Below, one piece after another: positions 27,991 through 38,264 of a DNA stretch of 64,000 bases. A program made the position numbers and the translations under genes. Source of the stretch: Alkalispirochaeta sp. (GTDB taxonomy: Bacteria > Spirochaetota > Spirochaetia > DSM-27196 > Alkalispirochaetaceae). Position 1 is the first letter of the stretch, and each line of letters opens with the position of its first letter. The notes below the pieces were generated by a model. That model was given only the letters and a program-made list of their open reading frames with translations. It had not been told where the DNA came from and ran no database searches. The stretch is from assembly GCA_965601925.1 (NCBI GenBank), contig OZ271854.1:2720001-2784000 (forward strand), written 5' to 3'.

Positions 27991-28293
27991 TTACGTCTCC
28001 AACTCGGGGTACAACACCTCCAAGTCGAGCCCTTCGCGCGGTTTCTCCATCATCTCTTCAACCGTTGAGCGCCACGCTTTGTAGTGATCCGTCTCTTTGT
28101 GCGCAAGCACCGCTTCGGGATTCGCGTATACCTCATACAGCACATAGGTTCCCGGGCTCTTCTCGTCGCGGAGCACGTCAAAACGCAGTACGCCGGGTTC
28201 TTCCAAGGATCCTCGATGATTCTTGTATGTCGCGGCTTCAAAGGCTGCGTAGAACTCCGGTTTGACCATTATCGAAACGACACGAGCGATCAT
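27991..28293 (-). CDS. ABM-family / LsrG-like small isomerase-monooxygenase fold protein
   Basis: EPGVLRFDV, YEVY and HKETDHY pattern; 100 aa from ATG 28293. Confidence 0.85.
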   Translation of the reverse strand: MIARVVSIMVKPEFYAAFEAATYKNHRGSLEEPGVLRFDVLRDEKSPGTYVLYEVYANPEAVLAHKETDHYKAWRSTVEEMMEKPREGLDLEVLYPELET

Positions 28294-28307
28294 AGTATAA
28301 TGAGCAT

Positions 28308-30047
28308 ATGGCAAAGTGGCCGCCCGCGGCAATCGTATACTGTTTGCTGCCGGCCGTGTTTCTATTCCCCATCGATCTGGAGCCGAAACGTGTATTAGTC
28401 GTCCACTCGTACGGTACGGATTTTCAATGGACCCGGGAGCTCGACGAAGGTATACGATCGGTCCTGTACTCAGACCCGGCAAACTATCGCATCGTGTTCA
28501 CCGAGTACCTGCACGCGAAACATCACAACTCGGAAGAGTATTTCGCCGAGACCGCCGGACTCTTTGCGGAGAAATATGCGGGATGGCATTTCGACGTCAT
28601 AATCGTCTCCGACGATCTCGGTTTCGCCTTCATGCAGCGATATCGCGACGCGGTCTTCGGGCCGGTGCCGACGGTGTTCGTCGGTATCAACGACTATGAG
28701 CCGTCCCTTACCGAGGGGATGGCCAACGTCACCGGAGTCGCCGAGGCTGTGAGCGTCACCGAGACGATCGATCTCGCCTTTCGACTCTTCCCCGACGGTT
28801 CTTTGGTCGTTTTAGGCGACGGTACCCACACGTTCCGGCTGAATGCGGACCTCGTACGCCGAGACTTGGCGCTGCGTGAGACGGATCGGCCCATTCGGTT
28901 CTATCCCACGATTCGTGTATCCGAACTCGCCGCTCTGGCCGCCACTCTTCGTCCCACCGATGCGGTTCTGCTCATTTCCTCCGTGTTGGAAGACGACGGC
29001 ACGGTCGCCGACTATTGGCGCGCCGGCGGGTTGGTGAGCACCGTGATGCCCACACCGGTCTTTTCGCTCTGGGACTTTTTCATCGGGACCGGTGTGGCCG
29101 GAGGGCTCCTCGTAAGCGGTCGGGATCAGGGAACCGCCGCCGCTGAGCTCGCGACGCAGATTCTCGCCGGCGATCCCGCAGACTCGATTCCCGTGATTAC
29201 GGACAGTCCGAACCGCTGGGTCTTCGATATGGGCGCGCTTGGGCCCGCTGGAGTCAGAGCGTCCGATCTACCGCGCGGAGCGCGCCTCGTCAACCGTCGG
29301 TTGATGATTTGGCACGCCTACCGTGCGGCCGTGCTGGTCGCCTCGTTCATTCTCGTTTCGATGGCGATCTTGATATCGCTGCTCATTATGAATATTCGCA
29401 AGCGGTCACAGGTGGCCGGGAAGTTGCGGGAGTCGCTTTTGGAGAAGGAGGTCCTCCTCAAGGAGATTCACCACCGAGTGAAAAACAACCTGCAAGTGGT
29501 GTCCAGTATGCTCAACATTCAAAGCGGTCTCGTTCGAGACCGGCGCTCACTCGACTATTTCAAAGATTGCGAGTCGCGGGTCTATTCGATGGCCCTGGTC
29601 CACGATCAACTCTACCAGTCCGATACGCTCACGCGAATCGCTATGCGGGACTATATGGAGGACCTCGTGACCACGCTGTACGGAGTCCTGGCGATTCCCT
29701 CCGATAGGCTTATCGTCAACCCTCAAGTGGTCGATCTTTTTTTGGATATCGATCGAGCGATACCGGTGGGACTTGTGGTGAACGAGCTCCTGTCCAACGC
29801 TCTCCGGTACGCATATCCTGCGGGGGAAGGTGAGGTGCGGTTAACGATAGAGCGCTCCGATGATATCGTGCGCATCGTGGTGCGGGACTGGGGCGTTGGA
29901 ATGCCTGAAGGGTGGGAGCGCGGGGAGACGTTGGGACTCAATCTGGTTCGCGCTTTGGCCCAGCAGATCAGCGGCGTCGTGGATTTCTATGACGCCGGGC
30001 CCGGGCTCGAGGTGCGTGTAAGATTCCCCGCGGTTGATCCGGCGTAG
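28308..30047 (+). CDS. Sensor histidine kinase (HisKA_2 type) with substrate-binding-protein-like extracytoplasmic domain
   Basis: EIHHRVKNNLQ H-box, NELLSNA and D.G.G. N-terminal VLVVHSY...VFVGIN sensor followed by a TM helix. Confidence 0.9.
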   Translation: MAKWPPAAIVYCLLPAVFLFPIDLEPKRVLVVHSYGTDFQWTRELDEGIRSVLYSDPANYRIVFTEYLHAKHHNSEEYFAETAGLFAEKYAGWHFDVIIVSDDLGFAFMQRYRDAVFGPVPTVFVGINDYEPSLTEGMANVTGVAEAVSVTETIDLAFRLFPDGSLVVLGDGTHTFRLNADLVRRDLALRETDRPIRFYPTIRVSELAALAATLRPTDAVLLISSVLEDDGTVADYWRAGGLVSTVMPTPVFSLWDFFIGTGVAGGLLVSGRDQGTAAAELATQILAGDPADSIPVITDSPNRWVFDMGALGPAGVRASDLPRGARLVNRRLMIWHAYRAAVLVASFILVSMAILISLLIMNIRKRSQVAGKLRESLLEKEVLLKEIHHRVKNNLQVVSSMLNIQSGLVRDRRSLDYFKDCESRVYSMALVHDQLYQSDTLTRIAMRDYMEDLVTTLYGVLAIPSDRLIVNPQVVDLFLDIDRAIPVGLVVNELLSNALRYAYPAGEGEVRLTIERSDDIVRIVVRDWGVGMPEGWERGETLGLNLVRALAQQISGVVDFYDAGPGLEVRVRFPAVDPA

Positions 30048-30097
30048 TGCGTCGCGTCGGCCGCATCGTGAGGCCGGCTCGCCCCTCTCCGCCGCCG

Positions 30098-30676
30098 TCA
30101 CCACCGCTCGTGGAGCCACCAGTCGAAGTTGACCGCCTCGCGGCTGTCCAGATCGTGCTCCGGCGGCATCACCCATAGGCTTTCCGCGCTGTCGCCGATC
30201 GCCTTCGCCATGCCGACGTACGGTAGTGCCGCAAGCGGTGCGGCGAGACGCGGGCGGAGCGCCGACGGCTCCTTCCATTGGTCGCGTCGCGGAATCGGAA
30301 CGACCGCCTGGTGCGTCGGCGGTGTCGAGGAGCGTCCCAGGATCCACCATAGCCAGTGGCCCTCGATTCGCGAACCCTCCTCGACGGGTAACACGATGCA
30401 GCGCGCGTCGTCTATGGCGTGCGTCGCGGGCGGCGCCGCGCCGTCTCGCGGTACATGGAACACCGTGGTCGCGTAGCCCATACGCTCTAAAAAGAGGTGG
30501 AGTCGTGTCGTCGTTGCGCGTGTGCACCCCGGCGCGACGACGATAGTCACGTCGTGTCGCGGAGCGGCGACTGATTGCCGGCGCGCCGGCACCGACGCGC
30601 CTTCCGCTCCACGCCGGTCGGCAGTACGTATGTCGGGTATCTCGCTCTGCAGATGGTGTGCGGTAACGAGTATCAT
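30098..30676 (-). CDS. Hypothetical protein
   Basis: Fills the gap between the kinase and the aminopeptidase; no motif recognised; start uncertain. Confidence 0.45.
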   Translation of the reverse strand: MILVTAHHLQSEIPDIRTADRRGAEGASVPARRQSVAAPRHDVTIVVAPGCTRATTTRLHLFLERMGYATTVFHVPRDGAAPPATHAIDDARCIVLPVEEGSRIEGHWLWWILGRSSTPPTHQAVVPIPRRDQWKEPSALRPRLAAPLAALPYVGMAKAIGDSAESLWVMPPEHDLDSREAVNFDWWLHERW

Positions 30677-30716
30677 ACGCTCCACACAGTAGCACGGGTT
30701 CAATACACTATGCATC

Positions 30717-31796
30717 ATGACGCGTATCATTGTCCTTCTAATCCTCGGCGTAACGATACTTACGCTGAGTTCGTGTTACGTCACCACACAGGGGTACCAC
30801 TTGGTCGCTCAGCAACTCAACGCGCGCCCGATAACGCGCTGGAAGGTCGACGAGAGCCTCACCGAGGAGGAGGCCCATCTCTTCCACCGCGTCGAGGAGA
30901 TTCGCGAGTACGCACGCTCGACGTTGGAGTTGGAGGCCGGCCGCAACTACACGACGTTCCTGCGAGTTGAGCGCGATCATCTCGTCGATGTCGTCTCCGC
31001 CGCGGGCGAACTCTCGTTCGAGCGTAAGGAGTGGTGGTTCCCGTTTTTCGGCCGCTTTCCGTACAAAGGATTCTATCGTCCGCGGCCGGCGGAGCGCCTC
31101 GCCCGACGCCTCCGAGACGACGGTTGGGACGTCATTATTCGGCCCGTCGAGGCGTTTTCCACACTGGGCTATTTCCGCGATCCTTTGATCTCGTTCATGA
31201 CCGATTACGACGACGCTCGCTTGTCGGAGCTCATCATTCACGAAATGGCGCACACCACGCTGTGGATATCCAGCGAGGCGCAGTTCAACGAGGAGTTTGC
31301 GACCTTTGTGGGACGGACAGGGGCCGACGACTACCTGAGGGCGCGTTACGGCGCCGATTCTCCCGAGCTCGCCGATTTGGCGGCGCGCAGAGCGGACTCC
31401 GAGCAGTTTCGCCACGACGTACTGGCGTTGAAGGCGCGCCTGGATGCCTTTTATCGGTCCGTGGAGGCCGACACCGCGACGCGACGCGACGAGCTTCTCG
31501 CCGAAAAAGCGGCCATTATCGGCGAGTACCAGCGAGAGTTTGCCGCGCGCTACGACGAGGCGTACCGATCCGACCGGTACCGTTTCTTTGCCGAAGCGGC
31601 TATAAACAACGCCTACCTCGATCTGTTCGATACGTACACCGGGAACCTGCCGCTCTTTGAGTCGTTCCACCACCGCGTCGGCGGCGGTGAACTACGCATC
31701 ACCGTGGCCGAGCTCGTCCGACGTGCCCGAGAGTGGCGCGATATCCCGCGCCGCCGTCGGCCGCCGATCCTCTCCGTGCTCACCGACGGCGAGTAG
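30717..31796 (+). CDS. Putative zinc aminopeptidase lipoprotein (DUF2265-like)
   Basis: Lipobox LSSC, W.FP..G..PYKG, AFSTLG.F.DP, HEMAH...FNE..A and NNAYL. Confidence 0.85.
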   Translation: MTRIIVLLILGVTILTLSSCYVTTQGYHLVAQQLNARPITRWKVDESLTEEEAHLFHRVEEIREYARSTLELEAGRNYTTFLRVERDHLVDVVSAAGELSFERKEWWFPFFGRFPYKGFYRPRPAERLARRLRDDGWDVIIRPVEAFSTLGYFRDPLISFMTDYDDARLSELIIHEMAHTTLWISSEAQFNEEFATFVGRTGADDYLRARYGADSPELADLAARRADSEQFRHDVLALKARLDAFYRSVEADTATRRDELLAEKAAIIGEYQREFAARYDEAYRSDRYRFFAEAAINNAYLDLFDTYTGNLPLFESFHHRVGGGELRITVAELVRRAREWRDIPRRRRPPILSVLTDGE

Positions 31797-32023
31797 AGGT
31801 GTGACGGAGATACGCCGTTATGTGCGCGTGTACATCGGATCCGGATACGGCTGCCGCCGGTGCTCCTCGCGATCCGACGCGTGCTCGGTGAGCGTCTGAT
31901 CAACGCTTCGAAGCGCCCGGGGGAGGAGTGCCGTTTGGTATCCGTTTTGCGCTGAACGAGGATAGATCCGAGCCGACCCGCGACCCTTGACAGCACGCCG
32001 ACTCGTGCGCCACCTTTCAATCC

Positions 32024-33310
32024 ATGGACTGCGTCGCCATCAGGGCCGGACTTGCGGGGCTCAAGTTCTCGCCGACCCTACTCATCAACGAAGAGGTGGC
32101 CGCGTATCGTCGCGAGGGACGGACCGTCTACCATATGGGATTCGGCGAGTCGCCCTTTCCCGTGCATCCGATCATTCAACGCGCGATATCGGGATACTCC
32201 GGGAAGAATCAATACTTGCCTGCATCCGGTCTCCAGGAGCTGCGGCTCAAAGCCAAGCGGCATATTCTCAAGAAGCACGATGTTCCGAGTTCTGAGTTCG
32301 AGGCGCTCATCGGTCCCGGCAGCAAGGAGTTGATTTTCGATATTCAACTCGCCGTGGAGGGAGACCTCCTTTTTCCCGCTCCCTCATGGGTGAGCTACAT
32401 TCCGCAAACCTTGATTACCCGCGACGAGGTCGTGCGAATCCGGCTCGAACCGGAACACTGTTACAAGCTCACCGCCGAGACGTTGGAGCGGCGCATCGTC
32501 GCGAGTCGGAACGAGGGATACAATCCGACCAAATTGATTCTCAATTATCCTAACAATCCCACCGGTATGACCTACCAACCGCAAGAGTTGGAGGCGATCG
32601 CGGACGTATGTCGCCGTCGGGGAGTGCTTATCATATCCGACGAGATTTACGCCCAGGTGGCGTTTCGTACGCCCCATCGGAGCATCGCGTATTACTATCC
32701 GGAGGGGACGATCGTCACGACGGGGCTCAGTAAACACCTCTCCTTGGGTGGATTTCGCCTCGGGGTAGCATTGGTGCCTCGGGGGCTCGAACGCGTGTTT
32801 CAGGTCCTTCGATCGATCGCGAGCGAGACCTTTTCTGCGGTCTCGACGCCTATTCAGTACGGCGTGCTCGCGGCGTTCGAAGGGCACGCGGAGATCGAAC
32901 GCTATATCGAGGAGTGTACCGAGATTCACGACACGGTGACGCGCTACGTGTGGCGCACCTTGGTCGATCTCGGGGTGGACTACGCCGAACCTCAGGGAGG
33001 ATTCTACCTGTACCCGGATTTCGAGCGGTATCGAGACCGCCTCGGCGCACGATACGGTGTTGCCGGAAGCGAGGAACTGGCCGCGGCCTTGCTCAGAGAG
33101 CGTTCGGTGGCTACGCTTCCCGGAACCGCCTTCGGAGATCGGCCCGAGGCGTTGCGATTACGCCTTTCCACCGTCGACTTCGACGGGGTGGACGCCCTGG
33201 CGCACTATCGCGACGGCGGTATCGACCGGGGGAATAGTTTTGTCGAGACGGTATGCCCGCGAGTCGCAGCGGGATCTCGCAATCTACGAGAGTTTTTCGA
33301 AAGGGCTTGA
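32024..33310 (+). CDS. PLP-dependent aminotransferase class I/II (aspartate aminotransferase-like)
   Basis: NYPNNPTG, SDEIY, GLSK...GFRLG, PGTAFG and LRLS. Confidence 0.9.
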   Translation: MDCVAIRAGLAGLKFSPTLLINEEVAAYRREGRTVYHMGFGESPFPVHPIIQRAISGYSGKNQYLPASGLQELRLKAKRHILKKHDVPSSEFEALIGPGSKELIFDIQLAVEGDLLFPAPSWVSYIPQTLITRDEVVRIRLEPEHCYKLTAETLERRIVASRNEGYNPTKLILNYPNNPTGMTYQPQELEAIADVCRRRGVLIISDEIYAQVAFRTPHRSIAYYYPEGTIVTTGLSKHLSLGGFRLGVALVPRGLERVFQVLRSIASETFSAVSTPIQYGVLAAFEGHAEIERYIEECTEIHDTVTRYVWRTLVDLGVDYAEPQGGFYLYPDFERYRDRLGARYGVAGSEELAAALLRERSVATLPGTAFGDRPEALRLRLSTVDFDGVDALAHYRDGGIDRGNSFVETVCPRVAAGSRNLREFFERA

Positions 33311-33313
33311 GTT

Positions 33314-33880
33314 ATGAGACTTGATGTAATGCAAAGATTCCGACACCGCGTCCGTCGCCCGACGGTGTGCCTCGCTGTAGCCGCCGTGTGTCTCCTCGGC
33401 ATCGGTGTGGAGATTGCGGCGCAGGCCAACAATCAGGCGGAGGAGAGCGATCGCATCGATCTGGGGCGCCTATCGGAGGGTCCCGCGATTGTCGGAGGCG
33501 GCATCGTCTTCGGCGAGCCGACCGGTATTACCGCAAAGTTATGGTTTCCTGAAACGGGATTCGGGCTGGATGCGGCCGTCGCATGGTCATTTCAGGACGA
33601 TACATCGCTCCATCTTCACGCGAACGTCATAGCCCATCTCGCCCTTATCGAGACTCAGGGCGGCCGCTATATCGTGCCGTATGTCGGGTTGGGTATCACG
33701 AACACGTATGGCGACGACACCAGTTTCGGTCTTCGCGTGCCGGTCGGTCTCTCGTTGTTGCCGTTTCCGACCTTTCCGATCGAGTTTTTTGCCGAGTTGG
33801 CTCCCGGTATCGGATTGATTCCCGAAACGGATGCCGAGTTCGGCGCGGGGATCGGGGTGCGCTTTTATGTACCGCTGTAG
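33314..33880 (+). CDS. Outer-membrane beta-barrel protein (DUF3996/BAPKO_0422-like)
   Basis: Signal peptide, G.G...GEPTG...K.W, GLRVPVG, E.F.E.APG and terminal G.G.RFY. Confidence 0.75.
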   Translation: MRLDVMQRFRHRVRRPTVCLAVAAVCLLGIGVEIAAQANNQAEESDRIDLGRLSEGPAIVGGGIVFGEPTGITAKLWFPETGFGLDAAVAWSFQDDTSLHLHANVIAHLALIETQGGRYIVPYVGLGITNTYGDDTSFGLRVPVGLSLLPFPTFPIEFFAELAPGIGLIPETDAEFGAGIGVRFYVPL

Positions 33881-33891
33881 CGGCTCCGCGG

Positions 33892-34242
33892 TTATCCTAT
33901 GATGCGTACCATCCCTTTGACGGCGACAATGAGTAATATGCTCCCCTTGATGAACAGATGTATGTTCGCCGTCGTGCGCCTAAGGCGTCCGATTCCCAGA
34001 CGGCCGAAGAGATGAAAGAAGAAATCGTCGTCCGGGTGTGAGTGTCCGCGTATTTTCTGAATCCGGCTGAGTAGACAGTCTCCGACGATTCGTTCATGGA
34101 CGGCGTGAGTAACGATCATCGCCGCGCCCCAGTACCACTCCGTCGCGACGGCAAACGCGTAGGAAAATGCGATGAACAGCAGATGGAGACTCGCGAGATA
34201 GACCTCTTCCGGAGGCGCTCCGACGGCGCTACTCGTATCCAT
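33892..34242 (-). CDS. Small hypothetical membrane protein
   Basis: 116-aa ORF with hydrophobic segments and GDCLLS..Q; fills the intergenic gap. Confidence 0.55.
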   Translation of the reverse strand: MDTSSAVGAPPEEVYLASLHLLFIAFSYAFAVATEWYWGAAMIVTHAVHERIVGDCLLSRIQKIRGHSHPDDDFFFHLFGRLGIGRLRRTTANIHLFIKGSILLIVAVKGMVRIIG

Positions 34243-34282
34243 CGATCCTTAATATAATCCTCGTGACGGAAGGAGAAAACAG

Positions 34283-35236
34283 ATGATGAACGCAGTACAG
34301 TTCGACAGACACGGTGGACCCGAGGTGCTCCAGTTTCGTGATACCGAACGTCCGACTCCTTCGGGAGACGAAGTCCTGGTGCGCGTGCACGCCGCGGGAC
34401 TGAACTACATCGACACCTACCACCGCTCGGGATATTATCCCGTGCCGTCTCTCCCCAGTGGGCTGGGCGTCGAGGGTGCCGGTGTGGTCGAAGGTACGGA
34501 TCGGCGCGTCGCGTTTGTCGTTCCCTCGCCCGGCACGTATCAACAGTATCGTACCGTTCCTGCGAGTCAACTCGTCGATCTTCCCGACGACATCGACTTT
34601 GACCAAGCTGCCGCTATGATGCTCAAAGGCATGACGGCGCGCTATCTCCTGCGTCAGACCTTTCCGGTCAGTGCGGACCACACGGTCCTCGTTCACGCGG
34701 CGGCCGGCGGGGTCGGTCTTATTCTCTGCCAATGGGCGTCGTATCTCGGTGCGAGAGTCATCGGAACCGTCGGAAGCCCGGAAAAGGCGCACCTGGCCGC
34801 CGAGAATGGATGCGCGTATCCGATTCTCTATCGCGAGGAGGATGTGGTCGAGCGCGTCAGGGAGATAACCGCAGGAGATCTCGCGGACGTCGTGTACGAT
34901 TCGGTCGGCAAAGATACCTTCGAGAAGAGTATGCAGTGTCTTAAACCCCGGGGCCTCATGGTTACCTTCGGCCAGAGCTCCGGAGCCGTCGAAGGGTTCG
35001 ACCCGGTGCTGCTTTCGCGCCACGGTTCGCTCTTTTTGACGCGCCCCACGCTCTTTCACTACGTCGCCGAACGCGAGGAGTTGGAAGAAAACGCCCGCGA
35101 GCTGTTTGAGGTGGTTCGCGACGGCCGCGTCTCGATTCCCGTGCGGCAGCGATTTCCTTTGTCCGGTGCGGCCGAGGCGCATCGTGCGCTGCAATCCCGA
35201 TCTACCACCGGCTCCACGGTGTTGGTCGTGGACTGA
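34283..35236 (+). CDS. qor: NADPH:quinone oxidoreductase (zeta-crystallin/MDR)
   Basis: GGPEVL, GLNYIDTY.RSG.YP, HAAAGGVG, YDSVGKDT and GSLFLTRP. Confidence 0.92.
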   Translation: MMNAVQFDRHGGPEVLQFRDTERPTPSGDEVLVRVHAAGLNYIDTYHRSGYYPVPSLPSGLGVEGAGVVEGTDRRVAFVVPSPGTYQQYRTVPASQLVDLPDDIDFDQAAAMMLKGMTARYLLRQTFPVSADHTVLVHAAAGGVGLILCQWASYLGARVIGTVGSPEKAHLAAENGCAYPILYREEDVVERVREITAGDLADVVYDSVGKDTFEKSMQCLKPRGLMVTFGQSSGAVEGFDPVLLSRHGSLFLTRPTLFHYVAEREELEENARELFEVVRDGRVSIPVRQRFPLSGAAEAHRALQSRSTTGSTVLVVD

Positions 35237-35263
35237 TCGAAGAACGCGTGGTATACCTGGCCC

Positions 35264-37000
35264 ATGCATCGCAGTGACATCCAGATAGCGCAAGAAGCCC
35301 GGGCGTTGCCCACCGGCGAGATCGCGAAGCGCGCCGGACTCAAAGACCACGAATGGCTTCCGTGGGGGCGGAACATCGCAAAAGTCGACCCGGACGTCGG
35401 GAAACGATCCAGGCACCGGGACGCGCGGTACGTCGACGTCACCGCTATCACGCCGACTCCTCTCGGGGAGGGCAAGACAACGACTACCGTCGGTCTCACC
35501 CAGGGATTGGGACTGATAGGCAAGCGCGCGATGTGTGCGATCAGACAGCCGTCCATGGGCCCGACCTTCGGCATAAAGGGGGGCGCCGCCGGCGGCGGAT
35601 ATAGTCAGATCATACCGATGGAAGAGTTCAACCTCCACCTCACGGGAGATATTCACGCGATCGCGGCCGCGCACAACCTTATCGCCGCGGCGATCGACAA
35701 CCAGATGTACCACGAGTCCCGGTGGTCGCCGGCATTTTTCGAGAAACGAGGGCTACGAACGTTCGATATCGACCCGTACACGATCAGTTGGAACCGTGTC
35801 GTCGACCTCAACGATCGATCGCTTCGCTCCGTGGTTACCGGGCTCGGCGATCTCGCCGATGGCCCGATCCGTCAAGGAGGATTCGACATCGCGGTGGCGA
35901 GCGAGCTCATGGCGATACTCGCCCTTTCGGCCGATTTGGCCGATCTTCGCGCGCGAATCGGGCGTGTCGTCGTCGCGGAGGATCGTAAGGGACGCCCCGT
36001 TACCACCGAGGATCTCGGCGTGGCGGGTGCCGCAACGGTGCTGTTGAAGGATGCCCTGTGGCCCAATGTGTTGCAGACGATCGAAGGACAGCCGGCCTTT
36101 GTCCACGCCGGGCCGTTTGCAAATATCGCCCACGGCAACTCGTCGGTGATCGCCGATCGCATCGCCCTTGCGCAGGGGGGATTCTTGATTACCGAGAGCG
36201 GTTTCGGTGCCGATATCGGCATGGAGAAGTTCTTCGACATCAAGTGCCGTGTGAGCGGTCTCTTTCCGGACGCGGTCGTACTGGTCGCCACGGTGCGCGC
36301 GTTGAAGATGCACGGCGGCGGACCGCGCGTAACACCGGGCCGTGCGCTTGCTCGGCAGTACCGTGAAGAGGACGTGGAGCTCCTCGAGCGCGGGCTCGAC
36401 AACCTACGTGCTCACATACGCATTATCGGCGAGTTCGGCGTGCCGGCGGTGGTGGCTATTAACGCCTTCGATACCGACACGCCGCGCGAGTGGGAGATGA
36501 TTCGTAATGCGGCCGCCGGAGCCGGAGCCTACGGCGCCGTTGTGACGCGCCACCACGCGGAGGGGGGCAAAGGGGCGGAGGAGCTTGCAACGGTCGTCGC
36601 CGAGGCGGCGGACTCACCCGCGTCGCCGCGATTTCTCTACGATCTGTCCGCACCTCTGGTCGAGAAGATACGCATCGTCGCCACGCGCATGTACGGAGCG
36701 CGCGATCTCGACCTCAGTCCCAAAGCGGCTCAGCAGATCGAGGCGTTCGAGGAGCGCGGCTACGGAGATCTTCCCGTCTGTATCGCCAAGACGCACCTTT
36801 CGATTAGCCACGATCCTGAGCTGAAGAACGTGCCGCGCGACTTTTTGTTTCCGATTCGGGAACTGCGAGCGTCGGTCGGTGCCGGTTTCATCTATGCGTT
36901 GGCGGGCGACGTGCGGACGATGCCGGGCCTTCCCAGCCGGCCCGCGTATCACGATATCGATATCGACACCGCGACGGGACTGGTTCGGGGACTCTTTTAG
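35264..37000 (+). CDS. fhs: Formate--tetrahydrofolate ligase
   Basis: TPTPLGEGKTT, GIKGGAAGGGYSQ, HAGPFANIAHG, VATVRALK.HGG and TMPGL. Confidence 0.97.
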   Translation: MHRSDIQIAQEARALPTGEIAKRAGLKDHEWLPWGRNIAKVDPDVGKRSRHRDARYVDVTAITPTPLGEGKTTTTVGLTQGLGLIGKRAMCAIRQPSMGPTFGIKGGAAGGGYSQIIPMEEFNLHLTGDIHAIAAAHNLIAAAIDNQMYHESRWSPAFFEKRGLRTFDIDPYTISWNRVVDLNDRSLRSVVTGLGDLADGPIRQGGFDIAVASELMAILALSADLADLRARIGRVVVAEDRKGRPVTTEDLGVAGAATVLLKDALWPNVLQTIEGQPAFVHAGPFANIAHGNSSVIADRIALAQGGFLITESGFGADIGMEKFFDIKCRVSGLFPDAVVLVATVRALKMHGGGPRVTPGRALARQYREEDVELLERGLDNLRAHIRIIGEFGVPAVVAINAFDTDTPREWEMIRNAAAGAGAYGAVVTRHHAEGGKGAEELATVVAEAADSPASPRFLYDLSAPLVEKIRIVATRMYGARDLDLSPKAAQQIEAFEERGYGDLPVCIAKTHLSISHDPELKNVPRDFLFPIRELRASVGAGFIYALAGDVRTMPGLPSRPAYHDIDIDTATGLVRGLF

Positions 37001-37179
37001 GCGTGGTCAAAACGCGTCGCTCGTACGACCCTAATGCGCCCTTTTGACCCACATGGCGTATTTTGGAGATCACGGCGGGCGAAACATGTGATACCGTGTC
37101 AGTATGTCTTTTCCTTGAAACGATATACGGCTTAGGTGATTTCTTCACGGATGGCATGTGAATTGCTTCACTATGGGTA

Positions 37180-38058
37180 ATGATTGTGTCAAACGAGTAT
37201 CTTAGACAGAGACGATTGCGTCTCCTACAGACCATCGTTCTTGCGGTGGTCATGATATATCTCGCCGCCCGGGCCGCCGCAGTAGTGTTGGGACCCGTCG
37301 GCGGTCTAGTGGCCCTGGCTCTAATCGCGACGGTGACTCTTGCCGGTGTCGGCAGTCGACGCATACTGTTGCCTAACGGTACGCGGAAACTTGCGTGGTA
37401 CGATGCGCCGGAGTTCTACGACCATCTCCGCGATTTGAGTGAGCGGGCAGGCCTCGAGGCGGTACCGCCGATCTTCATCCTCCCCTCCGACCGGGCCGAG
37501 GCGATGACCACCGGAGTCGGTGGAAATACGATGATCCTGCTCTCCCGCGGTCTCCTCGCGACGCTCTCCATGCGGGAGCTTCGCGCCGTCGTAGCGCACG
37601 AAATCGCCCATATACGCAATCGCGACCTTCCGCTGTTCGCCGTCGTCGCGGCGATGCAGCGCGTCACTCGCTTGGTGGCGGGGGCGCTGGGCGTCATCCT
37701 TGTCGTCACGTTTCCACTTCTTTTTTTCGGGACGACCCTTCTCCCGCCGGCGGCGTTGCTCTATCTCGGCGTAGTACCCGTTATCAGTCTTCTGGCGCAG
37801 TTCGCGCTTCTGCGGACGCGCGAGTTCCAGGCCGACCTCGGCGCGGTAGAGCTTACCGGCGATCCGGCCGCGTTGGCGAACGCTCTGGCGCGCCTCGATC
37901 ACGTACACCGCCCACTGTGGAGCGTCATCGTCATGGGCGGAACGCGCCGCAGTGCCCTCTCGGAACTTCTCAAGACGCACCCGAGCACGACGGAACGGAT
38001 CGAGCGTCTTCGCGATCTGGCCCGCGACGCCACAGGAACGCACACACGTCGATTCTAA
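37180..38058 (+). CDS. HtpX-like M48 membrane zinc metalloprotease
   Basis: HEIAH, REFQAD and THPST.ERI; TM helices. Confidence 0.88.
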   Translation: MIVSNEYLRQRRLRLLQTIVLAVVMIYLAARAAAVVLGPVGGLVALALIATVTLAGVGSRRILLPNGTRKLAWYDAPEFYDHLRDLSERAGLEAVPPIFILPSDRAEAMTTGVGGNTMILLSRGLLATLSMRELRAVVAHEIAHIRNRDLPLFAVVAAMQRVTRLVAGALGVILVVTFPLLFFGTTLLPPAALLYLGVVPVISLLAQFALLRTREFQADLGAVELTGDPAALANALARLDHVHRPLWSVIVMGGTRRSALSELLKTHPSTTERIERLRDLARDATGTHTRRF

Positions 38059-38264
38059 CCGCCGGTAACGGTCGAAGACGTTCCGGTTCGTTCTGAATCG
38101 ACCGAGCACATCGAGTCGGACGGTGTATCGACGCACAATCGTGTCCCCTCGGTGTACGTGATGCGCGCGCTATATTTATTATTAGAAAAGTCATATATAT
38201 GTTGTCCCTATCGGGTATTCGCGGTATTTTCCGCCGTGTACTACCGAACCAAGGAGTGTTGGAA

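Noticed and set aside
27991..28293. LsrG-like gene plus ABC transporter as an AI-2 (lsr) system
   Set aside because: The transporter is Opp/Dpp-type and convergent with this gene; lsrK, lsrF and lsrR are not seen.
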